Below are positions 52,227-64,000 of a stretch of 64,000 nucleotides of DNA, one piece after another. The notes beneath the pieces were generated by a model that did not search any database, was not told where the DNA came from, and saw only the letters and a program-made list of their open reading frames with translations. Source of the DNA: Octopus sinensis (taxonomy: Eukaryota); contig NC_043000.1 in assembly GCF_006345805.1 (NCBI RefSeq), positions 144,398,001 through 144,462,000 on the forward strand, written 5' to 3'. How positions within the stretch are numbered: position 1 is the stretch's first letter; each line of letters opens with the position of its first letter. The position numbers and the translations under genes were made by a program.

Positions 52227-53898
52227 TATGTGTGTGTGTATGTGTGTTTATATATAGAGAGAGAAGGACGTGTGCTAAAGAGCCGTTGAAGAGGTTACAG
52301 GGTGTGTGAGGAAAACGCTTTGATAAGCAAGTAAAAGTAATAATGATAAATTTGAAGGAATGATCAATCACCCAGTGCGTGTGTTTATTGGCCAATTATG
52401 ACCTTCCCGAAGTACACCACTCTCTCTCTATCTCTCTCTCTCCATATATATATATATATATATAATATATATATATATATAATATATATATACATATATA
52501 TGTATGTATGTATGTATGTATACATGCATGTATGCATGTATGTATGTATATGTATGTATGTATATGTATATTCTAGCATACTGTTTAAATTCGATTTCGT
52601 GTGATGTGTAATCTTACAATATATTGCATATTCTCTGAATTTATGGTATATAAATGATAATCATTCATTTAATATATACAGAATTCCGTGTTATTCCTAT
52701 TACGCTACACAATAATGTTGTTAAATAATGAAATTACTATTGTTATATGCCCTGTTTATTATATTGCTTTGATTATGATGCGCGGTATTGAAACCGTGAC
52801 CTTAAGAACAATCATTTGGCCTTTATTTAATACAACATTGTTGCTTACTCAAGTTTTCGAGCTGTAAGAATAATGAGAATGGCAATTTTTGCCTTATTTA
52901 CAAATATATCTTCAACGTTAATAGGCATGCATATGTTAAAGAGGTGATCGTACTATGAAAAGCAGAAAAAAAAAGTACAATAATCAGAAGAACAATTGAT
53001 TTATTACAAGCGGAAGTGTGAGAATAAATGTAAGACCATACCAAAGGATTGCCTCCGATTTCATAATTAGGTTATTATTGATAGCCAGCTCATGTGAACG
53101 GCATATTGATCTGGCCTGTACTTAATAGATATCGTCTAATGAAGATAAGATGTTGATATAAAATAAATAAATAAGCAAAAACCAAATCCTGTCTTCACTC
53201 TATTTTATGGTGTAATTCTTACACTATGAGATCAAAATTATTTTCGGAGATCGACAATTGTTTCATATATCTAAAAGTAAATAAATGTTGGCTTGAAATA
53301 GTATGCTTTCTCTAGTATTGTTTTATTAGTAGTATTTTAGGTACAAAAATAACAGAAAATATATTGTTAACGTTATGCACATTTTCGCTTTAATGTACTT
53401 TATATGTTGCTGGTTTATCACTTCGACGATTTAACAATATGAAAAAGTCTTCAAAGGTTACAAGAAGAGGATTAGGAAAGAGATAGAAACTAAATTGAAA
53501 TAATACATGGACCGTATCCATATTACGATATCCTGCTCATTTTCCAAAAGTGGAAAAGACAAACTCAAAGAGGTGTATATATCGAACTAGATAACTCCTT
53601 ACAATGCAAAACGCGAACCACAAATGGAATATTGAGAGCCTCATCTTAGCTAGAAATGAAGGAAGCAGAATCTAATGTAATATAGCGTTTGAATAACTAA
53701 GTTACGCGTGGTGAATAAAGATTGTTACCTGCGCCTAGAAATAGGCGAAATGTTACTGAAAAAGTCAAATATTTCAAAGGAAAGTGGAGAATTTGACAGG
53801 AAAAATAGCAAGAAAGTGAAGGTATTGCATAATCAGTTCATGCAACAAACCGAGTATTTTGAAAGTAATGAAACTTTATAGAAAAGAAAGGAGAAGGA

Positions 53899-54300
53899 AC
53901 ATTTTTGTCCGTCTTTACGTTCTGAGTCGAAATTCCGCTGAGGTTGACTGTGCCTGTCATCCTTTCGAGGTGTTAAAATAAGTACCAATTGAACACTGGG
54001 ATTGATGTATTCAATGATCCCCATTACACAAACTTTTAGGCCTTAAGCCTATAGCGGAAAGGATTATTATTACCACTAGTTTATCCGTATGGTGGCCGAG
54101 CTGGCAGAACCGTTAGCATGCGCGGAAAATGCTTTGCGTCTATCGTTATGTTGTGAGTACAAATTCCGCCGAGGTACACTTTGTCTTTCATCCTTTCAGG
54201 GTTGATAAAATGAGAACCAGTCAAGCACTGAAGACGATGCAATCAATTTACCCCACGTTCAAATTGCTGGCCATTGTGACAAAATTTGAACCCATTATAA
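53899..54300 (+). mobile_element. Two head-to-tail SINE family A copies (53899-54070, 54091-54300)
   Basis: Both contain ..GAG...AAATTCCGC.GAGGT..CATCCTTTC..AAAAT.AG.ACCA; they differ in tail. Confidence 0.75.
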
Positions 54301-54638
54301 TGTTGTCATTAACAACAATTATTGCATCATACAAAATTACAGAGCACATCTTCAAGTTATACACACACACACACGCGCACACTAACACATGAACGTACAG
54401 ACGCACGCACGCGCATGCATATACACAGACACGAAAAGAAACACAGAACCAACACATGTATCGTGTGTGGCATATATACTTATGTATAGTTCAATTTTTC
54501 ATACATTTTAAAAAATGGTTTACGTTTTGGTTAATGAAAGTTTAGAGATTACCCGTTAGAGTTATTAAACCCAGTAATTAAGAGCAATCAATCAGATGAA
54601 GTACCGATGCACAGTTGTTGATGAATCGTAATATAATA

Positions 54639-54670
<32 letters not shown>

Positions 54671-55389
54671 AATCACAGTGTGTGTAAAAATGCTAACGTA
54701 TACATTTACACAATTCGTAACCGATTTTTTTCTCCAAAATTTACACACATATCACTTACGTCCCAAGTAATAAGGAAGAATACATTTCAATTCTTGATGA
54801 ACATAAGAAAAATGCATGCATGTTTAGTGCATAGTGTACAATGCGATGAAGAACTGAACAAAGCTAAAATGATCTAACAATCATCAATAATATTGTATAA
54901 ACAACGGTGAAGTCTTTGAACAATAACATTTCAAATAAAGAACAGGAAAGAGAGAACAGACATGTCGACAAACACCCCAAGTGGGAGGTGAAAACGAAGT
55001 TTAGTATCTGCGGATAATTTTCGATTACTGTCGATCTTTCGTGGGAATAAACGTCAAAACTAGAAAAGAAAGAAAAGTTAAAAGAAAGTATATAACAACA
55101 GATGAACAAAGTTTCCCTACCAGAAAAAAAAATCCCTCAAACAACACATATAAATAAAAGCACAATGGATTAGACGATATGAAAAAAGGAAGTAAATTAT
55201 TTCTATAGACAGAACAGGCTTTTTTAAACAAACAAAAAAGATATTTAATAGAAAAATGGTTAATATAAAAACGAATAAGAATAAAGGTTTCACTTAATAA
55301 AATGAAGTTGAATAATAGAAAAGAATATACAAGGAAGCAAAATACTCAATAGTGAAAATGAAAGGAAGACGTAAACGAAAGCTACAGGT

Positions 55390-56200
55390 TAAATTGGCAG
55401 AGCTAACACAGGCCCTTAGCAACTGCACATATGGAATCTCAAAGAATATATAAAATTCCCAATCGTTGCCTACACTTAGAGGAATGCACAAGATACTAAC
55501 AGGGAAATGTAATATATTCTAGCAAAACCTGAGGAATTCCCGAAATGGTGGACAGAAAATTCAACGTACTGCTTGGTAAAAGCACGAGAAAACAAAATGC
55601 CGAGGAACTACTGGTCTATTAAATGCCTTGCCATTATATACAAAAATTCTGACTTCAATATTTTTCGATAAAATGTATAATTTGTTTGAAGAAAGCATCA
55701 AAATTCAACGGGGACCAAAATGATGTAAACAGAACACCTAGAGATGTAATGACCAAAAACATTGCTAAAAACATCGTACAAACTATAACAATTTAGATAC
55801 TGCTTTGATTGATTACCTTGACACTTTCGAAAAAGGTTCCTCATAAGATAATATCGAAAGGCGTGGAAAGCCGTTGAAATATATAAGAAATATATAAGAT
55901 TTTTCCAGCAATCTCTAAATTTTTCCGATGTGGTGTAAGAAGATTGAAAATTTCCCTTTTATGAAACGAAAGTAAATGAATAATGCAATCAAGCAAAATG
56001 AAAATAAACTGCCGAATATTCTTAGGTGTCTCTCTTCTGCCTATCGCTTTTCTCTAAGTCCCTCATCTCACTACCTGGTAAACTATATAACACTGTTGGT
56101 TGATTCTTACTCTAGGCTACTAGAATGTGAAAAATAAGTACCTGGTGTCTGTTTATACCAGCTTTAAATTAGAAATATTCGGCAGAGAAAAGACAACCAT
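55390..56200 (+). mobile_element. Very degenerate R4/Dong RT fragment
   Basis: ELTQALSN, PEEFPKWW, PRNYWSIKCL..YK.LTSI, DTALIDY..F.KVPH, KINCRIFLGVSL: collinear with the RT of 25075-27670. Confidence 0.68.
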
Positions 56201-57289
56201 GTCGTGGAAAAAGAAATAACAGCTATGTACTTCTGCATCAAATGACGTTATTTGTACTACAGTTTTCCTATACTGTTTCTAGTGCACGCTTTACTTGCTT
56301 GTGTACAAATAACAGTAGAAGTCATTTCTAGTCCAATTATTTTCCATAATTCAACAAAACTATGCTAAATGCATAACTCAAAGTAGCGGGCTGGTTGATT
56401 TGAGAAACGAATAAAACCTCATTAAACATAATGACATATAAATACTTGATTGCTCCAAAGTGTCACCACATTCTGCAGTAGGTTGAATGTTGTTTAGCGT
56501 CAGTGGAGGTCTCACACAAAGGAGAAGGTGAGAGAATCTTACAATAAAGTACAATCGATATTGACATACCAGTATGTCAAAGAGATTTTGAATGCGTCTG
56601 CGTGTTTTCATGTGTATGTATATGTATGTGTGTGTTTTGTATATTCATGTGTCTACGTAACATTCAATTTATATAGCTGTTTCCATAACCCAACGGAATT
56701 CATACCTATCTTTCGCCTGAGTGTTTGTTCATTTTTGTTATGTGTCTTCATTGACCGATTTATCTGCAGCCTCATGTAAATATGTGCCTATATATGTCAG
56801 TCAGTAAATCAATTAACTTATCTAGAATTATTTCTCTTTGTTCTCTTTATTCTCTACCTCTGCACTTCTCTGATTGCTCCTCTGTGTGTCTCTTTCCATT
56901 TCTCTCTCTCTCTTTCTCTCTCTGTGTTTCTCTCTACACACGCGCGTGCACGCACATGTATTTGTGTGTATATGCACATATATATATACATAGATACATA
57001 CATGTATTCATACATAAATATATGTGTATATGTATATACATATACGCATACATGTCACACATACATATACAAACACACACACACGCATATAAGAAGCCAT
57101 ATGAACAGCTATTCTTTCATGCATATTTAAGACATATATGTAATATAAAGATACACAGATGCACACACACATATGTGTATGTATATATATACACTATTTA
57201 CGGAGAGGAATTCCGTAACGTATTCGCGTAGACGCATAGCTCAAACCGCCTTGAAATATAATCGTGTTGGTGGCACGGTTCATTCTATC

Positions 57290-57900
57290 TTGCTACTCCA
57301 CCAATAAATCAATTTGACATTTTGAATATCTTCATGATATCACCCGCAAACATCAATCTGTTTACACCATCATAACCACCTTCAGTCAAAACCTGTTTTG
57401 TTTCGAATGGATTTCCTACTGTTACTTCGATCGCTCATTATTTCAAAGTTTCTAGTTTTCTGGATCTATTGTAATATAATTCCCTTCCTCCATCCTTATA
57501 GCTTCCGTATCTAATAATCACTAAAACTATCAGTTACAAAACGTGTATGAAACGTCATCCAGGATTACTCTTTAAATATTCAAATGTTTCTCATACCTCA
57601 TCCGTGGAACAAAATATAATTCAGCACCTTATCATAACATGTACCTAATTACAATGAAAGTTATGGGTCAGAAGTTAAGAGAACAGGATACATATTGTAC
57701 AGCTTCAAATTGCAACTGAATTCCAACGCGGAGGGATCTTGCATATTTTATTTCCTGACGCTCCATCATTATTTCACTGCGTTTGTTCGTAATGATGTGA
57801 CGAACTCTCAAAATACTGAAGTTCCTCATTTAATGTTTCCATTTGTGATGGAAGTCGTTCGAACTTAGTAGCATTTTCCTTACACAGTTTACGTCAGAGA
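57290..57900 (-). mobile_element. Possible highly decayed CR1-like RT fragment
   Basis: Only LMFAGDIMKIF (FADD-like) and weak flanking similarity. Confidence 0.28.
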
Positions 57901-58879
57901 GAAAGAGTATAGGCAGACATGATTTCGTTCTCGGAGAGCCAAAGAATTTAACAATCAAGAGAATTATCAAAGTCTAAAAAAAAAAAACATACCTACATAT
58001 TATAAATCTGCTAAACAAGAGCTAAATAATAAGCTTCTCTTACTCAGTTGTATTTCATTTTCGTTATGGTACGTTGCACTTAATGACAGTGTATATATGA
58101 CTTCTGTTTTCGTTGTGCAGCCTTTAATACTGCTATAAAAGGCCTGTGAGTGTGAATTAGATAGAATCTGTAAGTGGGATAAGGTGTGTCTTTTAGGCAT
58201 ATAGGTAGATATATTGAATATAAACTGACAAAACAAGGACAAATATATAAAATTATTCAACAAACTTAATGGTGAACGAAGAAACGTATTTGGGTTTCAT
58301 TCAAAAGAAAATACAGAAAGAATGAAGAGTGAAGAAATACAAAATAATGGATAGGAAATATATTCCGTGTAACGTGTTTGCAAGTACAATGGTTTCGTGA
58401 CATAGTGGAAAATCAACAGAGCAACAAAGAAACAATGTGCATAAGATTTACTCAAAAACATGTAGATGTGGTAAAAAGATTAATGGGCAACCAGTTTCTT
58501 TATTTCTGTAATGTTGCTTGGTTGGTCTGGAAGTATTAGCTGCCCATGGCTGTTGCGTACCTGTCCATGATATTATTGCTATTATAGTTATGTTTTAAAT
58601 ATTGAAAATTGACTTGTACAGTATATGATCGGAAAGTAGACTCCAGAGGCACAATGGAAGAATGATTTCATATAGTCCTTAGTGCCATGTTTTAGTTAAA
58701 TAGACATTACCTCTTTGATGAGAGAAAGCCTTCAGTTCTATAATAATTTTGGGGGTTTATAAAATCTATGTACATTCTTTAGATTTACAAACTACTGCTG
58801 TATAATTAATTCGAAGACTAGTTACATACATAAGCATATAAATACATATATAGATACACACATACACATACGTGTTATT

Positions 58880-59400
58880 TGTTCACGAGAGTTAAGCTTT
58901 CGACAGAGTCGGCCGTAACATCCTCCTCTTAAAATTCCCGTATTGGTATCCATGGTAAACTAATGCACTGGATTATGTATCTGCTTGTAAACAAAACACA
59001 TGTTGTGATTGGTGGAATCAAGATCATTCTTTACAATTGGAACTATAAACTCAGGAGTCGTCCGTTCACCAATTGTTTGCCTCATATAAACTCTACGCCG
59101 GGGTCTAAAGATTTCAAACTTTGATTCATCAGTAGCTTATGTTTATTCACAGGTCGAGGCCGTCGTTCTCCGACAACGCAACGGCCATTTAGACCGGCAG
59201 CAATGAGTCTTCTCATGGTTGTAGGAGGTATGTTAGCTTCTCCAGCTTCACTTGTGCAGCGATTTCATTTTTTGTCAGGAGTCTGTTTCCAAGACTAGTG
59301 ATTCTGATTATTTAGATGTCAATTTTGGATGATCTGACCGAGCTCTGTCGTTCTTTTTTCGTTTCATTACACCTTAAATGCCTGAGCAGATGGCAGTGTA
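58880..59400 (-). mobile_element. Degenerate Tc1-like transposase
   Basis: R.L.AAGLNGR, TDESKFEIFRPRRRVYMRQTIGERTTPEFIVPIVK, remnants of QQDN and SPDLNPIE. Confidence 0.75.
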
Positions 59401-59828
59401 GGGTTCTTTAACTGTTTTGGCTATATCTCAAAAACTATAATCAAAATGTATTGCAATGTTACCAAAAAGTGGACGCTAAAAGGTTTTTGACAACATTCCT
59501 AAATATGATTATTTTCATATAAAATATGTATAAATAGTGCTATTCCATATCGAATGAACCCTAAATTTTATGATATATCTTATTCCATATTTTTATACCA
59601 AAACAAATTATCTAAATCTATGACATTTAACTAAAAAGAGCACTTTCCGACATTTTGGATAGCATATATACGTTTATGAATTTGTGTGGCAAGATTCCTG
59701 AAATGAAGTTGCGTTTTGCAACATAAAATGTAATATTTCGAGAGGTTGTATATATATTTGCCAAATATTCATTCTTTACATGTTTATTACTGTTTTCATT
59801 CTAACTCATGGCCATTGTCCAGAAATCT

Positions 59829-60241
59829 AGGCTGAAGACGCTCGACCTTTATTCTCTAGAAAAACGACGACGCCGTGGTGATCTCATTCTTGCTCACAAC
59901 TTCATAAGCGGAAAATGTAACCTCTCGGAAGAGCTGTTCTTCACTCCTGCTCCAGAGCGTCGGCTGCGGGGTCATTCCAAATAGCTCTATTTGCGACGAT
60001 TTCATCTCAATCGAAGGAGAGGGGCTTTCTCCGTCCGGGTTGCGGATCCGTGGAATAAGCTGCCGGACAAGATGGTGAAGATGCCGAAGACCGCTCGGTT
60101 CAAAGTCTCCCTTGACCACAAGTGGCCTGAACTCTTTACCTGAACATAAATTTACCCTGTACATAACTCCATGTTCCCCTACATGGCCTTGCTTTTTGCT
60201 TTTTGAGCCAAAGAATTAACTAACCAACTAACTAACTAACA
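59829..60241 (+). mobile_element. CR1-type LINE 3' end (family A) with (ACTA)n tail
   Basis: RLKTLDLYSLEKRRRRGDLI...LRGHSK*LY..FSVRVADPWNKLP; close relative of 32162-32473. Confidence 0.9.
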
Positions 60242-61959
60242 CATCTCTAACATCCTTAGTGACACTATCTGTTTTCGTATGTGTACTTTCCCTGCTTATT
60301 CCAGAATGGAATAGGCGGAGCAAGTGCACGCACGAAAGTGTCACTCAGGATGTTACTGATGAGTGATGAAATTGTTTCGAAAAATGGACTTGAGTTAGAC
60401 TATAAACAGTAATAAACGAGTGAAAAACGAATATATGCAGCCCCATCGTAATAACAAAGACTCTCTACACTACAGAAGATATTTCATATTAACGGAGAGA
60501 TAAGATTTTGCCCACAAAAGCACAGGAGTTATCAATAAACCCAAAACCTTGGTATTTAAGCAACCGTGTACATGTATCAGCTAGGATTACTCGGATATCT
60601 AATGCACTCTCCTGACACGTATCACTTTCGAAGATCCTACAGCAGCCATCTACTCTGTGGTCATTGGTTGCTGGAAGAACCAATATAATGATTGAAATCG
60701 AGATGGAAACAAAAGTGGAAAAGAATAACTTCAATGCGTAAAATGGGGACATCATCGCAACCACTCTTTATTGTGGGATTTTCTTCTACCTGTAAGTCTT
60801 TGAAGATATGACGGACAAATCGATCCCTGTAGTACCAGTCAAAACGATCAAAATAAAAGGTATGAATCTGGATTGGTGCTTTGCTTCTACAATCATTGAT
60901 CTCTCTGCATCTGTATATGCAAACCAATAATCCAGTGCTTAATCATCAGGTTATACACAACTGAATGAGATGGCAATCACAATTAAATCCGATATAAAAC
61001 CGTAAGCGAGCACGTGAATTTTTTATGATTGTTTATATATGTATGTGTATAAGAATCTTCCGTTGGTAAATAAAGATATCTTGTTCCTGTTTACACTGAG
61101 ATGATATAATAAATACTGTACTTAAAATTGCCGGCATGCGCGACTTGTATAGGACTATCTAGCTTATTCTTTTTAACTGGGGGCAATAATTTCAAATAGT
61201 TATCTTACGAAGAGTTGTTTGATATCGAAAATTGTTCCCGTGTTTGGAGTATAGGTAAGAGATGTATATCTGTGGAAACTATTTCAAATGCCAAAATAAA
61301 TTTGAAAACAATGCAAAAAAACATTTTCGTGGACAGAACTTAACGAAACTGAATTACCGCATAATGATAACTTTGCTGCTATAAATGGTGAAGAAAAAGT
61401 CACATACATCTTATTTGGTTTTAGTTTCCGTGACAATCTAATTCAGTAACGATCAACATTGCAGTAGCATTCATACGTCACAAATCATGAGTGTATTTAT
61501 TTATTTATCTATTTCAAAACAAATAGTGTTATTGCAGATGTGTAGAAACAGGAGAATGTGCAAACTCTGTTTCAAATTTTCAAATATATTGCATGAAAAC
61601 ACAATTAGATGTGGTAGATATACCTTTGAGATCCTTTGTTATAGACGTTAATATTGATTTCTTTTATTTTAGCGTTGCAAAACATTTCTAAACAATCAGT
61701 ATTTAATTACATTCTCGTAGACGTTCTTATATAAGTTAACTTATTTGAAATGGATTAGGTGGCAAAGCTGTTGCCGATAGGATTGCATCTGACTATTGAA
61801 AATAAAATTTATTAAGAGTAGAAAAAACAAAACACATACGCATTTTTAAAGTTAATTTTATTTGTCACATTCATCATTTAAGAGATATTCTTAACAAGAA
61901 AGCAGAAAATTCAATATTTCGAACTTCATTCGAATAATTTTCGCTTCATCCATTCCTGT

Positions 61960-62002
<43 letters not shown>

Positions 62003-62004
<2 letters not shown>

Positions 62005-62066
62005 CAAAATTAAGGAACGGCCATAATGGGTTGAACGGCCTATTATGGCCGTTCCTTAATTTTGCT
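62003..62066. repeat. Perfect 25-bp inverted repeat with 14-nt spacer
   Basis: AGCAAAATTAAGGAACGGCCATAAT (62003-62027) and its exact reverse complement (62042-62066). Confidence 0.96.
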
Positions 62067-62158
62067 GTTGAATTTATTAATAGTCTCTGACTATTTCCTT
62101 TTTCCCACTAGACCGCTGGTGGCAAATAATTTCTGAATTTTTTGCTACCCTATATTGA

Positions 62159-62240
<82 letters not shown>

Positions 62241-62388
62241 TTACATACATTCCACTGAATGTATATATTGTTGTATTTCGGGAGGGTCAATCTTTTAACA
62301 AATAAACACACGGACCATATATTTTTCGTTTATTGCTATTCGTATTTTATAATTTTAGCTCCTATCCATATATATATATATATATATA

Positions 62389-62765
62389 CACTTGCATCAG
62401 AAATTAATTAGCACTTCTCAAATTTCTACATTAAATAGGTTAAATCAATTAACCTATGAGCTGTTCAAAACGTCTTACGCGATGAGAAAACTTAGTAAGG
62501 TGTGATTTCGGTCCTTGCGAGGCGCTACCTATATCTATTAAACAAAGGAAGAATTGTCTGCATCCGCACTCCAAGTTGTTGCACTGCTATGTCAATATCA
62601 TAAGGTTGTAGACTCTCAAACTGCTCTGCAAACAAAGTTACGTCATCGTTCTGCGCAACAGTGAACTCGCAACAAGGCAATAGTTCGAGATATGGCCACT
62701 AGGTGACAGCACATACCTTGAGTGAAGAGCAAATCAAGGGTGCTAATTAATTTCTGACGGTAGTG
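62389..62765. mobile_element. 377-bp Tc1-type MITE with 26-bp TIRs, TA-flanked
   Basis: TA|CACTtgcaTCAGAAATTAATTAGCAC ... GTGCTAATTAATTTCTGAcggtAGTG|TA, within (TA)n on both sides. Confidence 0.85.
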
Positions 62766-62823
<58 letters not shown>

Positions 62824-62899
62824 TATATATATGTGTGTGTGTATGTATAATAGAATGTGAGTACAAAGGAATGAGACCTCGATATTAAAGAAATAGAGG

Positions 62900-62952
<53 letters not shown>

Positions 62953-63635
62953 ATATATATATATATATATATGCTATAAATTAGAACATAAAAAAGTTTG
63001 TTGTTATTATAGTACTCGGAGATTCGAATGACGGAGCGAAAAGATACGATACATTCTCGTCAGTTATTAATGGCAGCAGCCGCTACGAAAAACAGTTGAA
63101 TATAAGGGAAGTAACTGTAATACCTGGAACAAGAAAACAAGAAAAAACTTTTAAATATAAAGTATACAAAATAAATTTATATATAAATATACACAACCAT
63201 ATTCTCACAATACATACACATGAACCTCCTGCGTTCAAAACGTTTACATACGTACACACTCACACAATATATATGTATGTACGTACTCATACAGGCACAC
63301 ATATCCACACGCACACACGAACACATGTATATATCTATGTATGTATGTACGCGGCCTCATCTTCATATACACATAGGTGCTTACATGTATACACGTAACA
63401 TAATACATATATATTTAGAGATTTAGTGGCTGCCCCCTCATTATCGAGTATTGCCATTGCGCGATGCTTAATCAATGTTGTTATCGTGCAATGCCTGTGC
63501 AAGAATATTTTTTTAAAGTGAGGAAAGTCTGTGCACTGAGTCAATCCCACTCACTAAGCAACAGCAGCGATAACCCAAAAAGAAGAACAAGTCAACATCA
63601 TCGGTAACCACTGAGCCGCAGGTCTTATGTCGAAT

Positions 63636-63696
63636 TTATCCCAGTTACCACAGTTACCTTCACCTATAAGTTATCCCAGTTACCAGAGTTACCTTC
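63636..63696. repeat. 26-bp direct repeat, period 35 bp
   Basis: TTATCCCAGTTACCA(C/G)AGTTACCTTC at 63636 and 63671. Confidence 0.9.
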
Positions 63697-64000
63697 TCCT
63701 AGAAGGATACCCTAACAAAGGTTAGACGTCCTTCACTCCCAATGGTTTAACCGTGCGATCGGGTATTCAGTCCGATTACTTCCATGTCCCCGCGCATGAT
63801 ACAGCCTTAAGACATTTATTGGATGGCCGCTCACTCTCAGGAGTTCCTCCGCTCTTTGACGGGTTTTGTTTTTCATCCTGCAGGGTCTCCATTAAACACC
63901 CTCCTCACCAAGCAAGCTTTCTGGTGTTGCCGGTTTAGACGCCGGCGACCAGACCATGCAACAGGTTGTACTGGGTTACATGTTACCAGTAGCACTCGAA

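Noticed and set aside
60540-60800. YSVVIGCWKN resembles a farnesoic-acid O-methyltransferase-like motif; two overlapping minus-strand ORFs
   Set aside because: Stops in every plus frame, no further motif support and no recognisable protein on the minus strand.

Overview
AT-rich (micro)satellite-dense eukaryotic DNA. The SINE families and repeat landscape are most consistent with a cephalopod (Octopus-like) genome; that taxon call is inference. No intact host gene is recognisable, and most ORFs in the supplied track are artefacts of (AT)n, (ATT)n or (GATA)n tracts. The window is intergenic or intronic and is mostly transposon relics. Retroelements: one young and two old R4/Dong LINEs, an L1/Tx1-like LINE, two CR1-type families, an RTE 3' end, Penelope-like fragments and at least four tRNA-headed SINE families. 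DNA elements: four mariner relics, a Tc1 relic, a long-TIR IS630/Tc1-like element, a Helitron relic and several MITEs. The most interesting region is a nested cluster at 24.1-28.6 kb. A Penelope GIY-YIG fragment carries a terminal repeat made of a tRNA-like Pol III head, an (AAT)n tract and a minimal hammerhead-like motif. The AAT tract of its inverted partial copy appears to have been the landing site for a Dong LINE and for an unexplained 556-bp non-coding element. All identities and alignments were judged by eye.
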